From: an uncultured Alphaproteobacteria bacterium
GTDB lineage: Bacteria; Pseudomonadota; Alphaproteobacteria; Rhizobiales; Beijerinckiaceae
Direction: 5' to 3'
Assembly: GCA_963802615.1 (NCBI GenBank)
Contig: CAWDKC010000021.1
Span: 1-64,000 of the forward strand
DNA: 64,000 nucleotides
Part shown: piece by piece, positions 1 through 10,400 of the stretch
Position numbering within the stretch: the stretch's first letter is position 1
How the letters are laid out: every line of letters begins with the position of its first letter
Position numbers and translations under genes: made by a program
Notes under the pieces: generated by a model
Told to the model about the DNA's origin: nothing
The model's input: the letters and a program-made list of their open reading frames with translations, nothing else
The model's database searches: none

Positions 1-297
1 CCTCAAAGACGAGCCCAAGGCGGACGGCTGAGGAATGCGCTGCAGGGCATAACCACGGACGTCACCGCCAGGACCTCCGAGGTCTGGAACCCATAGCGTA
101 CAATCCGGCTGGCAGGTGGTATTCTTCTTCCAATACAGTTCGAACAGAAATCAGTTCTTTTTCTATGTTCGGCAAGAACACTCTCCTGAGAGAATACGAG
201 ATGCAGCCGAATATGCCTCCCGCGAGGAATGGCATCGCCACTACCATCGGCCAGTTATTATTGACGGTTTCCCAAAGGCTACCGAACAACCACGATA

Positions 298-1356
298 TTA
301 GAGCACGACTCACTTATACGGAACGATAGCCGGAGTTTTTGAGGTAGTTGGCGCACTCGGCGGGACTGAAGAGATCGAGGAGCTCTCCGACCTTTCGCCA
401 AGTGGCTTGGACGTCACGCGGCTGAGCGTTTCGGACGAGATGCTTGAGCTTGGCGAAGACCTGCTCGATCGGGTTGAGATCGGGGCTGTAGGGCGGCAGA
501 AAGATGAGGTGGGCGCCTTTGGCTCTAACGATGGCGCGGGCGGCTTTGCCTTTGTGGCTGCCGAGGTTGTCCAGGACGACGACATCGCCCGGCAAGAGGG
601 TCGGGGCGAGGATCTTCTCGATGTAGAGGAGGAAGATTTCGCCATTGATCGGCCCATCGATCACCCAAGGCGCATCGATGCGGTCGTGGCGCAGCGCGGC
701 GATGAAAGTCAGGGTCTTCCAATGACCGTGGGGCGCATAGGCCTTGAGCCGTCGTCCCCTCGTCCCCCAGCCCCGCAGGGGCGCCATGTTGGTCTTCACC
801 CAGGGCGGGCGGGGTCTCGTCGATGAACAGGAGCCGCGAGGGCGCGATCCGGCCCTGATGGGCCTTCCATCGCGCCCGCTTTCGCGCCACGTCAGGCCGC
901 GTCTGCTCCTCGGCCAGCAGGGTTTTTTTTGAAGCTCAGGCCCTCGGCGTGAACGAACACCCATACCGCCCGCGGATGCGTCTTGATCCCCCGTTCGGCC
1001 AACTCGGCCGACAAGCCTCGAAGGGTGAACGGCCTGGCGGCGATGCGCGAGCGCAGCCAGTCGGCGCGCTCGCCCGAGAGTGTGCGGGGCTTATAGCCGC
1101 CGATCTGAGCCGGGGTCAGCGAGCCCGTCTCGCGCTTGCGCTTCGCCCACTTGGAAACGCACGATGGGCTGATCCGCAGCGCCGCCGCAATCTCCCGGTT
1201 CGTCTCACCCGCCTCCTTGCGGGCCAGCGCTCGCTCTCGAAGATCCAAAGAATAGGCAGCCGTCATCCATGCTGGCCTCCAAACCCAGTATGGACTCTCA
1301 ATCAGATCGGACCTGATTTGGGAATCCCCGATTCCGCCAAAACGCGGCGTGCTCTA
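298..1356 (-). mobile_element. IS630-family insertion sequence (approximate limits)
   Basis: Encloses an IS630-type transposase split over three frames. Short inverted repeats tagagcacg (about 298-306) and cgtgctcta (about 1346-1354). AT-richer flank at 100-310. Confidence 0.55.
314..1266 (-). pseudogene. IS630-family DDE transposase, frame broken twice (ORFs 892..1266, 525..890, 314..964)
   Basis: N-terminal HTH (LRISPSCVSKWAKR), middle LLFIDETP / WVKTNMAPLRGW and C-terminal LIFLPPYSPDLNPIEQVFAKLK motifs lie in three different frames. Confidence 0.75.
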
Positions 1357-1410
1357 GGAGCCCGTCCGGATAGCTGTTGGGGTGAGTTGGTGGAATGAAG
1401 GATAGCCCGC

Positions 1411-2786
1411 TCAGTTGGACCGGGCGAGCTTGCCGAGGTTGTGTGCGGTGCAGATCAGCGCCCATTCGGCCTTTACTTTGTCGATGCCGCGTAACAGGAA
1501 CTGTCTGAACCCTCTTGCCTGTTTGATCTGTCCGAACACCGGCTCGACCCCTTGCTGTCTGAGCCTGTAGCGGCTTCGCCACCCCGCGCGTTTCAGCTTG
1601 TCCCGCATGGCCTGGGTGAGCGGGCCGCCGTGCTTTCGTTCGGCCTGGGCGGGGGGCTTGGCCCGACCCGTTGCGATGGAGGCGCCGATCCGGCGATCGG
1701 CCAGGGCGCCGAGGTTGGCCTCGCTGCAGCAACCAGCATCGGCGGAAGCTTCCCTGGGCTTACGACCGAGGTTCTTTTTGATCCCGTCCACGAGCGCAAC
1801 GCGCTGGTCCTGATCGCTCTTGCTCTGCGTCAGGCCGTGCGCCACGATGATCTGGGCTTGTGCATCGACGCCGGCCTGCGCGTTGTATCCCTGGATGGAG
1901 CCGTCCTTGGTCAAAAGCACGCGGCTTCTCGGGATCGGTGAAGTTTCGGCTCGCGTCTTGCCCTCGGGCTCCTGTTTAGGCGGCGTGGGCGTCTTGCCGT
2001 TCTGCTTCTCGCCCCTCGGCGATGCGCTTCTGTTCCGCCTCCTCCCGGCGCGCCCCGTGTCTCCTCCGCCGCGGCGGCTTTGGCTTCCGCCTCCAGCTCG
2101 GCTTTGGCCTCGCCGATCTTCTCGAGCCGCCTCTGCTTGTCGGCCACCCAATCGGGCGTCTCATCGCCGCGCTTCTGGCCGTAGAGCTTGTCCTCCTCTG
2201 CATCGGCGGCTTCGGCCGCGACCAGCCAGCGGTCGACCTCGGCCTGAAGCTCCGCTTCCCGCTTCTTCATCCGCTCATCGCTCATCGCCTTGGACTTCGA
2301 GGCGTTCGCTTTGATCTTTGCGCCGTCGAGCGCCACGCGCCCGAGCTTCACCAGGCCCGCCTTTTCCGCAAGCTTCAAGACCTGCACAAATAAACCAGCC
2401 AGCGCCTTCAGACGCCGCTTGCGCAAGTCCGAGATCGTGCGCAAGTCCGAGATCGTGCGCAAGTCCGGTGGATCGCCCGCCACGATCATCATGAAGTCCG
2501 CCCGCTCCACCGTCGCCCTGGCGATCCGCCGCGACGAATAGAGGCCGCTCGCGCAAGACTGCAACAGCAGCGCCGTTATCATCTGCGGGTCGAACGGCGG
2601 CTGGCCGAGCCCGCTCGCGTAGCTGCCGGCGATCGCGCTCAGATCGAGGCTCTCTCTGACGACGGAAACAATCAGCCGCGACAGATGGTCCGCAGCCACG
2701 TAATCCTGAACGCTCGGCGCCAGCAGATGCGTCTCGTCAAACTTCCACGACCGAAAACGCTTGCTCATCGCCACGCAAAGAATCAA
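1411..2786 (-). pseudogene. IS1182-family (IS5 superfamily) DDE transposase, frameshifted (ORFs 1911..2786 and 1411..2151 overlap)
   Basis: N-terminal region ends ..GRVALDGAKIKANASKSK; C-terminal FGQIKQARGFRQFLLRGIDKVKAEWALICTAHNL motif. In-frame 18-bp tandem duplication (DLRTIS repeated) at about 2400-2460. Confidence 0.75.
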
Positions 2787-3463
2787 ACTCGTCGCTACTT
2801 GGCTAGTGACGACTTTGACAGGCTCCTAGGCGTACCGCTCACGATTGAACTTGGATCTCGACCACCGAGGCCTTCGACGTATCGCTCGAGGAGCCATCTT
2901 TCTCGCTTCGTTATGGCGCCTACCCAGTCGTCGCCGAAAATGGCCCGCCCAACGAGGCGCGCTGCGCCATAAACGGAGACGCACGCAATCTCTTTCCCGA
3001 CCATCGCACGCATCTCGCGTTGCATCGGAGGCACGCGCGGAAATCGACGATGCGTCTCGACTTGTCACCTGGCCGGGCTACGCGCGCGTTGATACCGAAC
3101 GTACAGCGCTGCCGCGGTGCCGCAAGACGCAAACCGCGGATTTCAGCGGATAGGCCAGGAGAGCCCATGAGGGGAAGAAAATTCGGAGGCCGCCCTCTGT
3201 GCCCGATCGTGATCCACCCCGACAAGCTTCATCGGGCCCGCCCCCCCAACTCTAGGGCGAGGCGGCGAGGCCGGCGAAAGAATGCTTTTGATCGCCTGGC
3301 ATCCGTTCCGCGGCACGTCTGAGGTACACCCTCCAGCCAGCGCCGCGCGTGGTCGAGGCCACCGGTCAAAGGGCCTAGCGCTGCGGCGGCCAAGGAAGAT
3401 GGAGAGCCAGGCCCGGCCTTACTCTCCCGCTGAGGAGACGCGCCATGGCCACTAGCGGCTTTC

Positions 3464-3775
3464 TCAGGCGCTCCTCCGCAGCGGCCTCACGTTGTCGCCC
3501 GCCTCTCCAGGCTCACAGTGTCGCGCCGACGCCTCCATGAGCGTCCGACGCTTCTCAAGCGCATCGGAGCGCCTATAAGCTTGCTCAGCCTTGTCGCCAA
3601 TCACATGTGCGAGTGCAGCTTCCGCGACCTCGCGCGGGAAGTTTGTTTCATTGCCGGCCCAATCCCGAAAGGCGGAATCCGTGAACCGTCGCTCCAATGG
3701 CTCCGTGACGGGCCAGAACCTTGGCCATGGCGACGTGTGAAAGTGGACGCTTTCCTCGCGGGCTGGGAAAGACAA
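3464..3775 (-). pseudogene. C-terminal fragment of a phage/P4-type tyrosine integrase, truncated next to the IS630 element
   Basis: ..FPREVAEAALAHVIGDKAEQAYRRSDALEKRRTLMEA.. matches the conserved extreme C-terminus of P4-type integrases. No catalytic or N-terminal portion is present in the window. Confidence 0.5.
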
Positions 3776-3805
3776 AATCGCAAGTGTGCGACTTCGACAG
3801 GCTCT

Positions 3806-4963
3806 CTAGTACCTCGGCACAGAGGTTTTGACTCTTTGGGGCCTGTTAAGCTTGTGGGCCTCGGATAGGCGCGGCCCATCTTGGCGCGGGCTTTTTCGGT
3901 TGTGAAGCTCCAGTTGACGCGAGCGCGGGCGGCATTGCGCTGCTTCTCCCAGGCGGCGATCTCCGCGACCAGGCGTGAGTAGCTTTCGATGCGGCGCTCG
4001 AGACATTGGCTTGCGAGCACGCCGATCTCGATCTCGACCATGTTGAGCCAGCTTGCGTGCTTGGGGACGTAGTGGAACTCGATGCGGCGCAGCAGGCGCC
4101 GCGCCTCGTCGGCCGGGAAGGTCTGGTAGAGGGCGCCGAGCCGAATGCGTCGACAGATTGTCGAGCACCACACGGATGCGCTCGGCGTTCGGATAATGGA
4201 GGTCGGCGAGTTCGCGCATGCAGACGGCGAAGTCCGCCGCCGTGCGGCGCTCGGTGAGCTTGACCTTGCGCCAGGGGCGGTTGGCATCGAGGAACACGAA
4301 CAGGTTGGCGGTGCCGTTGCGCCGGTATTCGCAGTCGTAGCGCTCGATCTGTCCGGGTTCGGGCCGGATCGGCCGGCGTACCTCGCCGATGAGCTGGATC
4401 GGGCTCTCGTCGAAGCAGACCACCGGCCGCCGCGGGTCCGGCGCCTCGGCATAGAGATCGAGCACGTCCTCCATGCGGGCGACGTAGTCGGCATCGACCT
4501 GCGGGATGCACCACATCTTCCGGCGCCAGGGCTTGAGATCGTTGTCGCCCAAGCGTCGGCGCACGGTCTCGCGCGACAGGCTCTCGTGTGCGGTCAGCCT
4601 GACCATTTCGCCGGCGAGCAGGTCCAGCGTCCAGCGGGCGCGGCCCGCCGGCGGGTTCGAGCAGGCGGTCGCCACCAGCAGGGCCTCCTCCTTGCCGGTG
4701 AGCTTGCGCTCGGCACCGGGGCGCGGCTCCTCGCTCAGCGCCCGCTCCAGGTTGCCCTCCACGAACCGGCGCTTGGTCCGGTACACCGTCGAGCCGCCGA
4801 CGCCGACACTGGCGGCGATCTCGTCGTCGCTCACGCCCGCATCGGCGGCCAGCAGTATCTGCGCCCGCTTGAGCTTGCGCGCCGCCTGCTTGCCACCGCA
4901 CAGAAGCGCTCCGAGTTCATCGCGCTCGTACTGGGTCAAGGTCACACGATAGCGTACATTCAT
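3806..4963 (-). pseudogene. IS630-family transposase, single frame break near 4150; true C-terminus about 3860
   Basis: N-terminal HTH and DDE region in ORF 3806..4963 (..RVVLDNLSTHSA). C-terminal FHYVPKHASWLNMVEIEIGVL in ORF 3601..4494. Confidence 0.8.
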
Positions 4964-4976
4964 CGCCGCCTCCTGT

Positions 4977-5297
4977 TTGGAGGCGCAGTCGAATCGACAG
5001 ATGAATCAAATGTCTGGCGGACACAAACCCAGCTTCACGCCCACCCAGGGGCAGTATCTCGCCTTCATCGATGCCTACACGCGCGTGAACCTGAGGCCGC
5101 CCGCCGAAGCTGACATCCAGCACCGCTTCGGCGTCACTCCGCCGTCCGTCCATCAGATGATTCTCGACCCTCGAACGTGCCGGCCTCATTCGCCGCCAAC
5201 CCGGGATGCCACGCAGCATCGAGGTGCTCGTGCCACCGCAGCATCTACCCGTCTTGGAAAGACCGCCAACCAGTCAAAACCTCTGTGCCGAGGCGCT
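4977..5297 (+). CDS. small LexA-N-terminal-like winged-helix protein (one frame break), lying inside the IS630 element
   Basis: ORFs 4977..5327 and 5206..5601 join to ..TPTQGQYLAFIDAYTRVNLRPPAEADIQHRFGVTPPSVHQMIL / PRSIEVLVPP... Its 3' end overlaps the IS inverted repeat. Confidence 0.4.
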
Positions 5298-5298
5298 A

Positions 5299-6178
5299 GG
5301 CGGTGTGGACGAAATTTCGACCGATGACGTTTTTGCGATTCCCCGCGGAATCGGGCTGATTTACAGGACTTCGACCGAATCAGAGGGCCGGGGCCAATGT
5401 CGACAACGATGGATGAGGACGATTGGGCGCACACGCTGGCGGTGTTTCGCGCCTGCCTGCCGCGTCGTGGGAGGAAGGCCGAGGACGATCGCCGCTTCCT
5501 CGAGGCGCTGCAGGTCTTCACCGTCGAGACCGTTCGCTGGCGCGCGCTGCCGGAGCGCTTCGGTCCTTGGAACAGCGTGTGGAAGCGCTTCGATCGCTTG
5601 AGCAAGGCTGGCGTCTTCGAGGCGTTCCTCGACACTCTGGCATCGATGAGTTCGACGGCGCATCTCATTGAGATGTTCGACTTAACCATCGTGCGCGCGC
5701 ATGTGTCGGCGGCCGGGGCAAAAGGGGGCAAGACGGGCAGGCGCTCGGACGTTCGCGCGGCGGCTTCACCACGAAAATCCACGCAAAATCGGACGCCTCC
5801 GGCGACATCATCGCCTTCGATTTGACCGGCGGAGAAGCTTCCGACGGGCGTCCCTTCGAAACTCTGCTCGATATCGGGCCCGACATTCAGCCTCGCGCCG
5901 TCATCTCTGCGACAAAGGCTACGCCAGCAAGGCCAATCGCGACGCCGCGAGAGCGCGCGGCGTCGCTCCCGTCATTCCCCACAAGGCCAGCGAAAAGAAC
6001 AAGCCAGCCTTCTTCGCGCGCATTCTCTACAAGGCACGCGCCTCGCATCGAGCAGGGCGTCGGACGGCTCAAGCGGTTCAAGCGCGTCGCGCTCCGATGC
6101 GAAAAGACCGCCACGGAACTTCAGGTCTATCGTCGCCTTCGCCGCCGGCCTCTGCTTGATCAAATTCGTCCACACCGC
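5299..6178 (+). mobile_element. IS5-family (IS427-group-like) insertion sequence, about 0.88 kb
   Basis: ggtgtggacgaa at about 5299-5310 is inverted at about 6163-6176 (ttcgtccacacc). It abuts IS630 on the left and IS110 on the right. Confidence 0.6.
5397..6160 (+). pseudogene. IS5/IS427-type transposase spread over three frames (5397..5825, 5701..6159, 5822..6253)
   Basis: DLTIVRAHVSAAGAKGG, GGEASDGRPFETLLDIGPDIQPRAVISA and IEQGVGRLKRFKRVALRCEKTA motifs. One shift could be the family's programmed frameshift, the other is not. Confidence 0.7.
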
Positions 6179-6184
6179 CTAGCT

Positions 6185-7689
6185 TATGTTCGCCGTCAAG
6201 GGCTCGGACGCAATCGAGCGCCCGTTCGGCGAGAAAGCCGTCGGCAGGAATAGGCCAGAGCTGCGCAGAGCTGGGAGCGGAGCTTAAGACGACGGTTGAT
6301 CAAACTCTTATCCGCGGGTTGGTTACCGCCTTCCGTGTCTTCGTCTCGGGGCTTTCCTCGGTCTAGAGGACGGGCGTCGGGCGCGAGGCCCGGCCACATA
6401 ACTAGCGACGGGAGTTCCCCACCTTTCGGGCTCCGCTCCCGGGTCTGCGCAGCGGGAGAGCGTCGTGTTTACGCGGGCGCGACCTCCCGTCCGATCGCCC
6501 ATAGGAAAGCCGCCATCTCGCGGGCGATTGCGGCCACGACGACGGGCGGCTTCTTGCCCGTGGCGCTGAGGCGGCGATAGCGGCCGCACAGACGGACCTG
6601 CGCTTTCCAGGCTATATCGCGCACGGGCTTGGGCAGCCCTTCGAGCCGCGCTCTCAAGGTCTCGCTGACCCTCGCCGGGTAACGATAGGTCCAGGCCGCC
6701 TCGACGAGCGCCCGCCGCGCGCGCCGATTACCCGCCAGGGTGAGGCCCTTTCTTCGGATTGTGTCGCCTGTCGAGCTTTCCGCCGGAACGAGCCCGAGGA
6801 AAGATGCGAGCTGTCGTGGCGTATCGAACCGGCGCACGTCGCCGATCTCGGCGGCAAAGGTCACGGCGACCACAAACGATGCGCCGCGCATGGCCTGATA
6901 GGCCTCCACGACCGGCGCCATGGACCATTCCGGCACGATGAGCGCGAGTTGCTTCTCGAGACGGCGCAGGCGCTGGAGCGCGTCCTCGATCGCGTCGATG
7001 CCTTCCTGAAAGACGATCTGCTGCGCCGCGTGCTCGAACTTCTGATTGGCCAACCAACGGCGGTGCGCCAGGGTCCAGTGGCCGCCGCCGCTGTAAATCC
7101 GGCTGTGCCGCAGCAGGAAAGAAAGAAGCTGCTGGCGTTTGCGCCGAAGGTCGTCCGCCGCCGCCTCGCGGGCGCGCACAAGATCGCGAACCGCCTCATG
7201 GGCCGGATCGGGCGTCCAGACTCCTGTCAGTTCGCCGGCCCGATGCAGACGCGCCAGAGTGACCGCATCCCGACGGTTCGTCTTGATCCGCTCACCCGCT
7301 CGTTTCGGGATCAGCGCCGGAGCAACCACCATGCAGTCGTGCCCAAGCGCCTGCACCTGGCGATAGAGCCCGTATCCCGTCGGCCCGGCTTCGAAGCAGA
7401 CATGCAGCCGGTCGTATCGGTTAGCCAGTCTTTTGATCGTCCGCTCGATCGGCGCAGGATTGTTCTCGACATCGCCCATAAACCGGACTTCCCCGGTTCG
7501 GCCACCCTCCGCGATCGCCACCGCGTGCTTCTTCTTGGCGACATCGAAAGCCACGAAAACTTCGCTATACTCTCCCATGGTCCGCCCTCCGTGCGTGAGG
7601 CTCGGCTCGGTCCGCCCGAGCAACCCTCGTTCTTTAACTGCACGAAAGGGCGGGCCACCGGCTCAGCCCGCGAACATGACGTCTAGCGA
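6185..7689 (-). mobile_element. IS110-family insertion sequence, copy 1 (apparently intact)
   Basis: A 1.5-kb unit repeated at 7990-9484 with both flanks conserved. Confidence 0.75.
6469..7623 (-). CDS. IS110-family transposase, 384 aa, intact
   Basis: Single ORF: VFVAFDVAKKKHAVAIA.. N-terminus and C-terminal LGLVPAESSTGDTIRRKGLTLAGNRRAR signature. Confidence 0.9.
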   Translation of the reverse strand: MLGRTEPSLTHGGRTMGEYSEVFVAFDVAKKKHAVAIAEGGRTGEVRFMGDVENNPAPIERTIKRLANRYDRLHVCFEAGPTGYGLYRQVQALGHDCMVVAPALIPKRAGERIKTNRRDAVTLARLHRAGELTGVWTPDPAHEAVRDLVRAREAAADDLRRKRQQLLSFLLRHSRIYSGGGHWTLAHRRWLANQKFEHAAQQIVFQEGIDAIEDALQRLRRLEKQLALIVPEWSMAPVVEAYQAMRGASFVVAVTFAAEIGDVRRFDTPRQLASFLGLVPAESSTGDTIRRKGLTLAGNRRARRALVEAAWTYRYPARVSETLRARLEGLPKPVRDIAWKAQVRLCGRYRRLSATGKKPPVVVAAIAREMAAFLWAIGREVAPA

Positions 7690-7790
7690 GGTCCACCCGC
7701 CGAAGCAGTCCTGACCTTTGCGGCCCGGCGATATCCGAGGAAGGCAAGACCTGCGAAGCCCGCGAACATCATTCCTCCAGATCTCATTGA
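7683..7790 (-). pseudogene. possible remnant of a PEP-CTERM protein C-terminus in the spacer between the IS110 copies
   Basis: ..SGGMMFAGFAGLAFLGYRRAAK resembles the anchor of the 28512..29277 gene (STWAMMLLGFAGLGFAGYRKSRK). Confidence 0.3.
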
Positions 7791-7989
7791 AGTTCTCCTG
7801 GACAAAGAACAGAAGCGCCGTTGCAGAACGATGGGCGAGCAGCCGCGCCCAAGGCTACCCTCCGCACTCCCAGCGGTCTCTGGGTATTTGTGCCCATTGG
7901 CTTTCCCGAGGCGGCTCCAGAACAGCGGCATTGACGACGGGAGAGCGTTGTCACCGCCGCGGCGGACTTGCGGTCCTTCTGGTCACCCG

Positions 7990-9484
7990 CTAGACCTTAT
8001 GTTTGCGGTCAGGGGAGGCGCGGTTGAGCGCCCGGTCGGCGGAAGGCCGTCGGCGAGAAAGGCTTCGGCTGCGCAGAGCTGGGAGCGGAGCGAGAGACGA
8101 CGGTTGATCAAACTCTTATCCGCGGGTTGGTTACCGCCTTCCGTGTCTACGTCTCGGGGCTTTCCTCGGTCTAGAGGACGGGCGTCGGGCGCAAAGCCCG
8201 GCCACATAACTAGCGACGGGAGTTCCCCACCTTTCGTGCTCCGCTCCCGGGTCTGCGCAGCGGGAGAGCGTCGTGTTTACGCGGGCGCGACTTCCCGTCC
8301 GATGGCCCACAGGAAAGCGGCGATTTCGCGGGCGATCGCCGCCACGACGACGGGCGACTTCTTGCCCGTGGCGCTGAGGCGGCGATAACGGGCGCACAGA
8401 CGCACCTGCGCCTTCCAGGCGATGTCGCGCACGGGCTTGGGCAACCCTTCGAGCCGCGCTCTCAAGGTCTCGCTGACCCTCGGGTAACGATAGGTCCAGG
8501 CCGCCTCGACGAGCGCTCGCCGCGCTCGCCGATTGCCGGCCAGAGTGAGGCCCTTCCGTCGGATTGTGTCGCCCGTCGAGCTTTCCGCCGGGACAAGTCC
8601 AAGGAAAGATGTCAGTTGCCTTGGCGTATCGAACCGGCGCACGTCGCCGATTTCGGCGGCAAAGATTACGGCGACGAGAAACGAAGCGCCGCGCATGGCT
8701 TGATAGGCTTGCACCACCGGCGCCATCGACCACTCCGGCACGACGAGGCCGAGTTGCTTCTCAACGCGACGCAGGCGCTGAAGCGAATCTTCGATCGCGT
8801 CGATTCCTTCCTGAAAGACGATTGGCTCGCGCGGCATGGTCGAACGTCTGACCGGCGAGCCAACGCCGATGCGCCAGCGTCCAGTGGCCGCCACCCCTGT
8901 AAATCCGGCTGTGCCGCAGGAGGAAAGAAAGAAGCCGCTGACGCTTTCGCCGAAGATCGTCCCCCGCCGCCTCCCGGGCGCGCGCAAGATCCCGGACCGC
9001 CTCATGGGCCGGGTCGGGCGCCCACACTCCCGTAAGCTCACCCGCCCGATGAAGACGCGCCAGCATAACCGCATCCCGACGGCTCGTCTTGATCCGTTCG
9101 CCCGCTCGTTTCGGGATCAGCGCCGGAGCAACCACCATGCAGTCATGCCCGAGCGCCTGCACCTGGCGATAGAGCCCGTATCCCGTAGGCCCGGCTTCGA
9201 AGCAGACATGCAGACGCTCGTAGCGATCCGCCAATCTCTTGATCGTCCGCTCGATCGGCAGCGGACTGTTCTCGACATCGCCCAGGAACCGGACTTCCCG
9301 GCCGCCTTCCGCGATCGCCACGGCGTGCTTCTTCTTGGCGACATCGAAAGCAACAAAAACTTCGCTATCCTTTCCCATGGTCCGCCCTCCGTGCATGAGG
9401 CTCGGCTCGGCCCGCCCGAGCAACCCTCGCTCTTACCTGCACGAAACGGCGGCCCACCGGCTCAGCCCGCGAACAGGACGTCTA
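7990..9484 (-). mobile_element. IS110-family insertion sequence, copy 2 (degenerate)
   Basis: Direct repeat of copy 1. Right ends ..gacgtctag at 7681-7689 and 9476-9484; left ends cttatgtt.. at about 6185 and 7995. Confidence 0.75.
8277..9423 (-). pseudogene. IS110-family transposase copy 2, disrupted by indels around 8780-8880
   Basis: ORFs 8761..9423 and 8277..9074 closely match the intact copy but diverge and change frame mid-gene. Confidence 0.8.
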
Positions 9485-10233
9485 GGCTGCGACGGTTGCC
9501 CAACCCGAGGCCAGTCGATCGCCCAAAAGATTCCTCGCGACTGTCTGCAGGTGTGTGAACATCGCATCGCTCGCCTGACACGGATCTCGGTTCAGAAGCG
9601 CGTCCACGACGGCTTGGTGTTCGTCGCAATAGTGTCGCCGACGCTCCTCTGAAAACGACCGCTTCTTCATTTCGAACCACGGTGATTGGTTGCGCAGGAT
9701 TCGCACGAGATTGTGGATCTCCTTGAGGAGTTCGTTTCGCGAGCAGGAAAAGATGCGCTGGTGAAATTCGGCGTCCCAGCGCTCGAAAGTCGGCATGTCC
9801 TTTGATTTGATCGCGAATTGATGGGCTTCGCGGACGGCGTTCAATTCGCCGAAGCCGGCGTTCGCAGCGGCGAAAGCCGCCGCCGCGGGTTCGAGCAGCT
9901 GACGGATTTCCAGGATGTCGGAAGGGCCGGCGCCCTCCATGCGGGCGACGGCGCCGACCAGAGAGTTGCCGTGCGTCGCCGCCAAAAAGGCGCCCCGCCC
10001 GACTGGCGGACGACCATGCCGTCCTGCGCCAGGAGGCCTACGGCGCGGCGCACCGTGTTGCGGGCGACGCCGAATTCATTCGCAAGGTTGCGCTCGGGCG
10101 GCATGCGTCCGTTCTCCACCCACTCGCCGGAAGAAATCCTTTTTTTGAGTGCGACCGCGATATCGGCCGCGATGAACCTCGGCATCCTGGGCCTCGTAAG
10201 TAAACCTATGATGATCCATTGATAGCCGCCCAC
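9482..10233 (-). CDS. GntR-family (FadR-type) transcriptional regulator, frame break near 9990
   Basis: HTH LANEFGVARNTVRRAVGLLAQDGMV in ORF 9841..10233; FCD-type C-domain in ORF 9482..9985. Confidence 0.75.
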
Positions 10234-10400
10234 TCCAGTTCGGTCTATCGCAAATCAGCGCCATCCAGGTTGGAAAGGTCTCAAATATGGGCGAAATAAC
10301 CCTCATCTGGACCGCGCCGATTTCTCTTGCCCATTGCTGAAGGCGACGCTACCGTGAACCAAAACGGCCTTTAGGGCGCAAGATCGGTTTAGAGGCGGAG

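Larger units (their letters stand above)
3803..5300 (-). mobile_element. IS630-family element (about 1.5 kb) bounded by 27-bp imperfect inverted repeats, carrying the transposase plus a divergent small wHTH ORF
   Basis: ctagtacctcggcacagaggttttgac at 3806-3832 matches the reverse complement of gtcaaaacctctgtgccgaggcgctag at 5273-5299 (25/27). Confidence 0.65.

Noticed and set aside
1-96. Possible 3' end of a gene running into the window start (..LKDEPKADG-stop or ..TSEVWNP-stop)
   Set aside because: Too short to assign. Both frames are open and neither has a recognisable motif.
5397-6253. All IS5/IS427 frame changes as the family's natural programmed frameshift
   Set aside because: Three frames are involved, not two, so at least one break must be an error or mutation.
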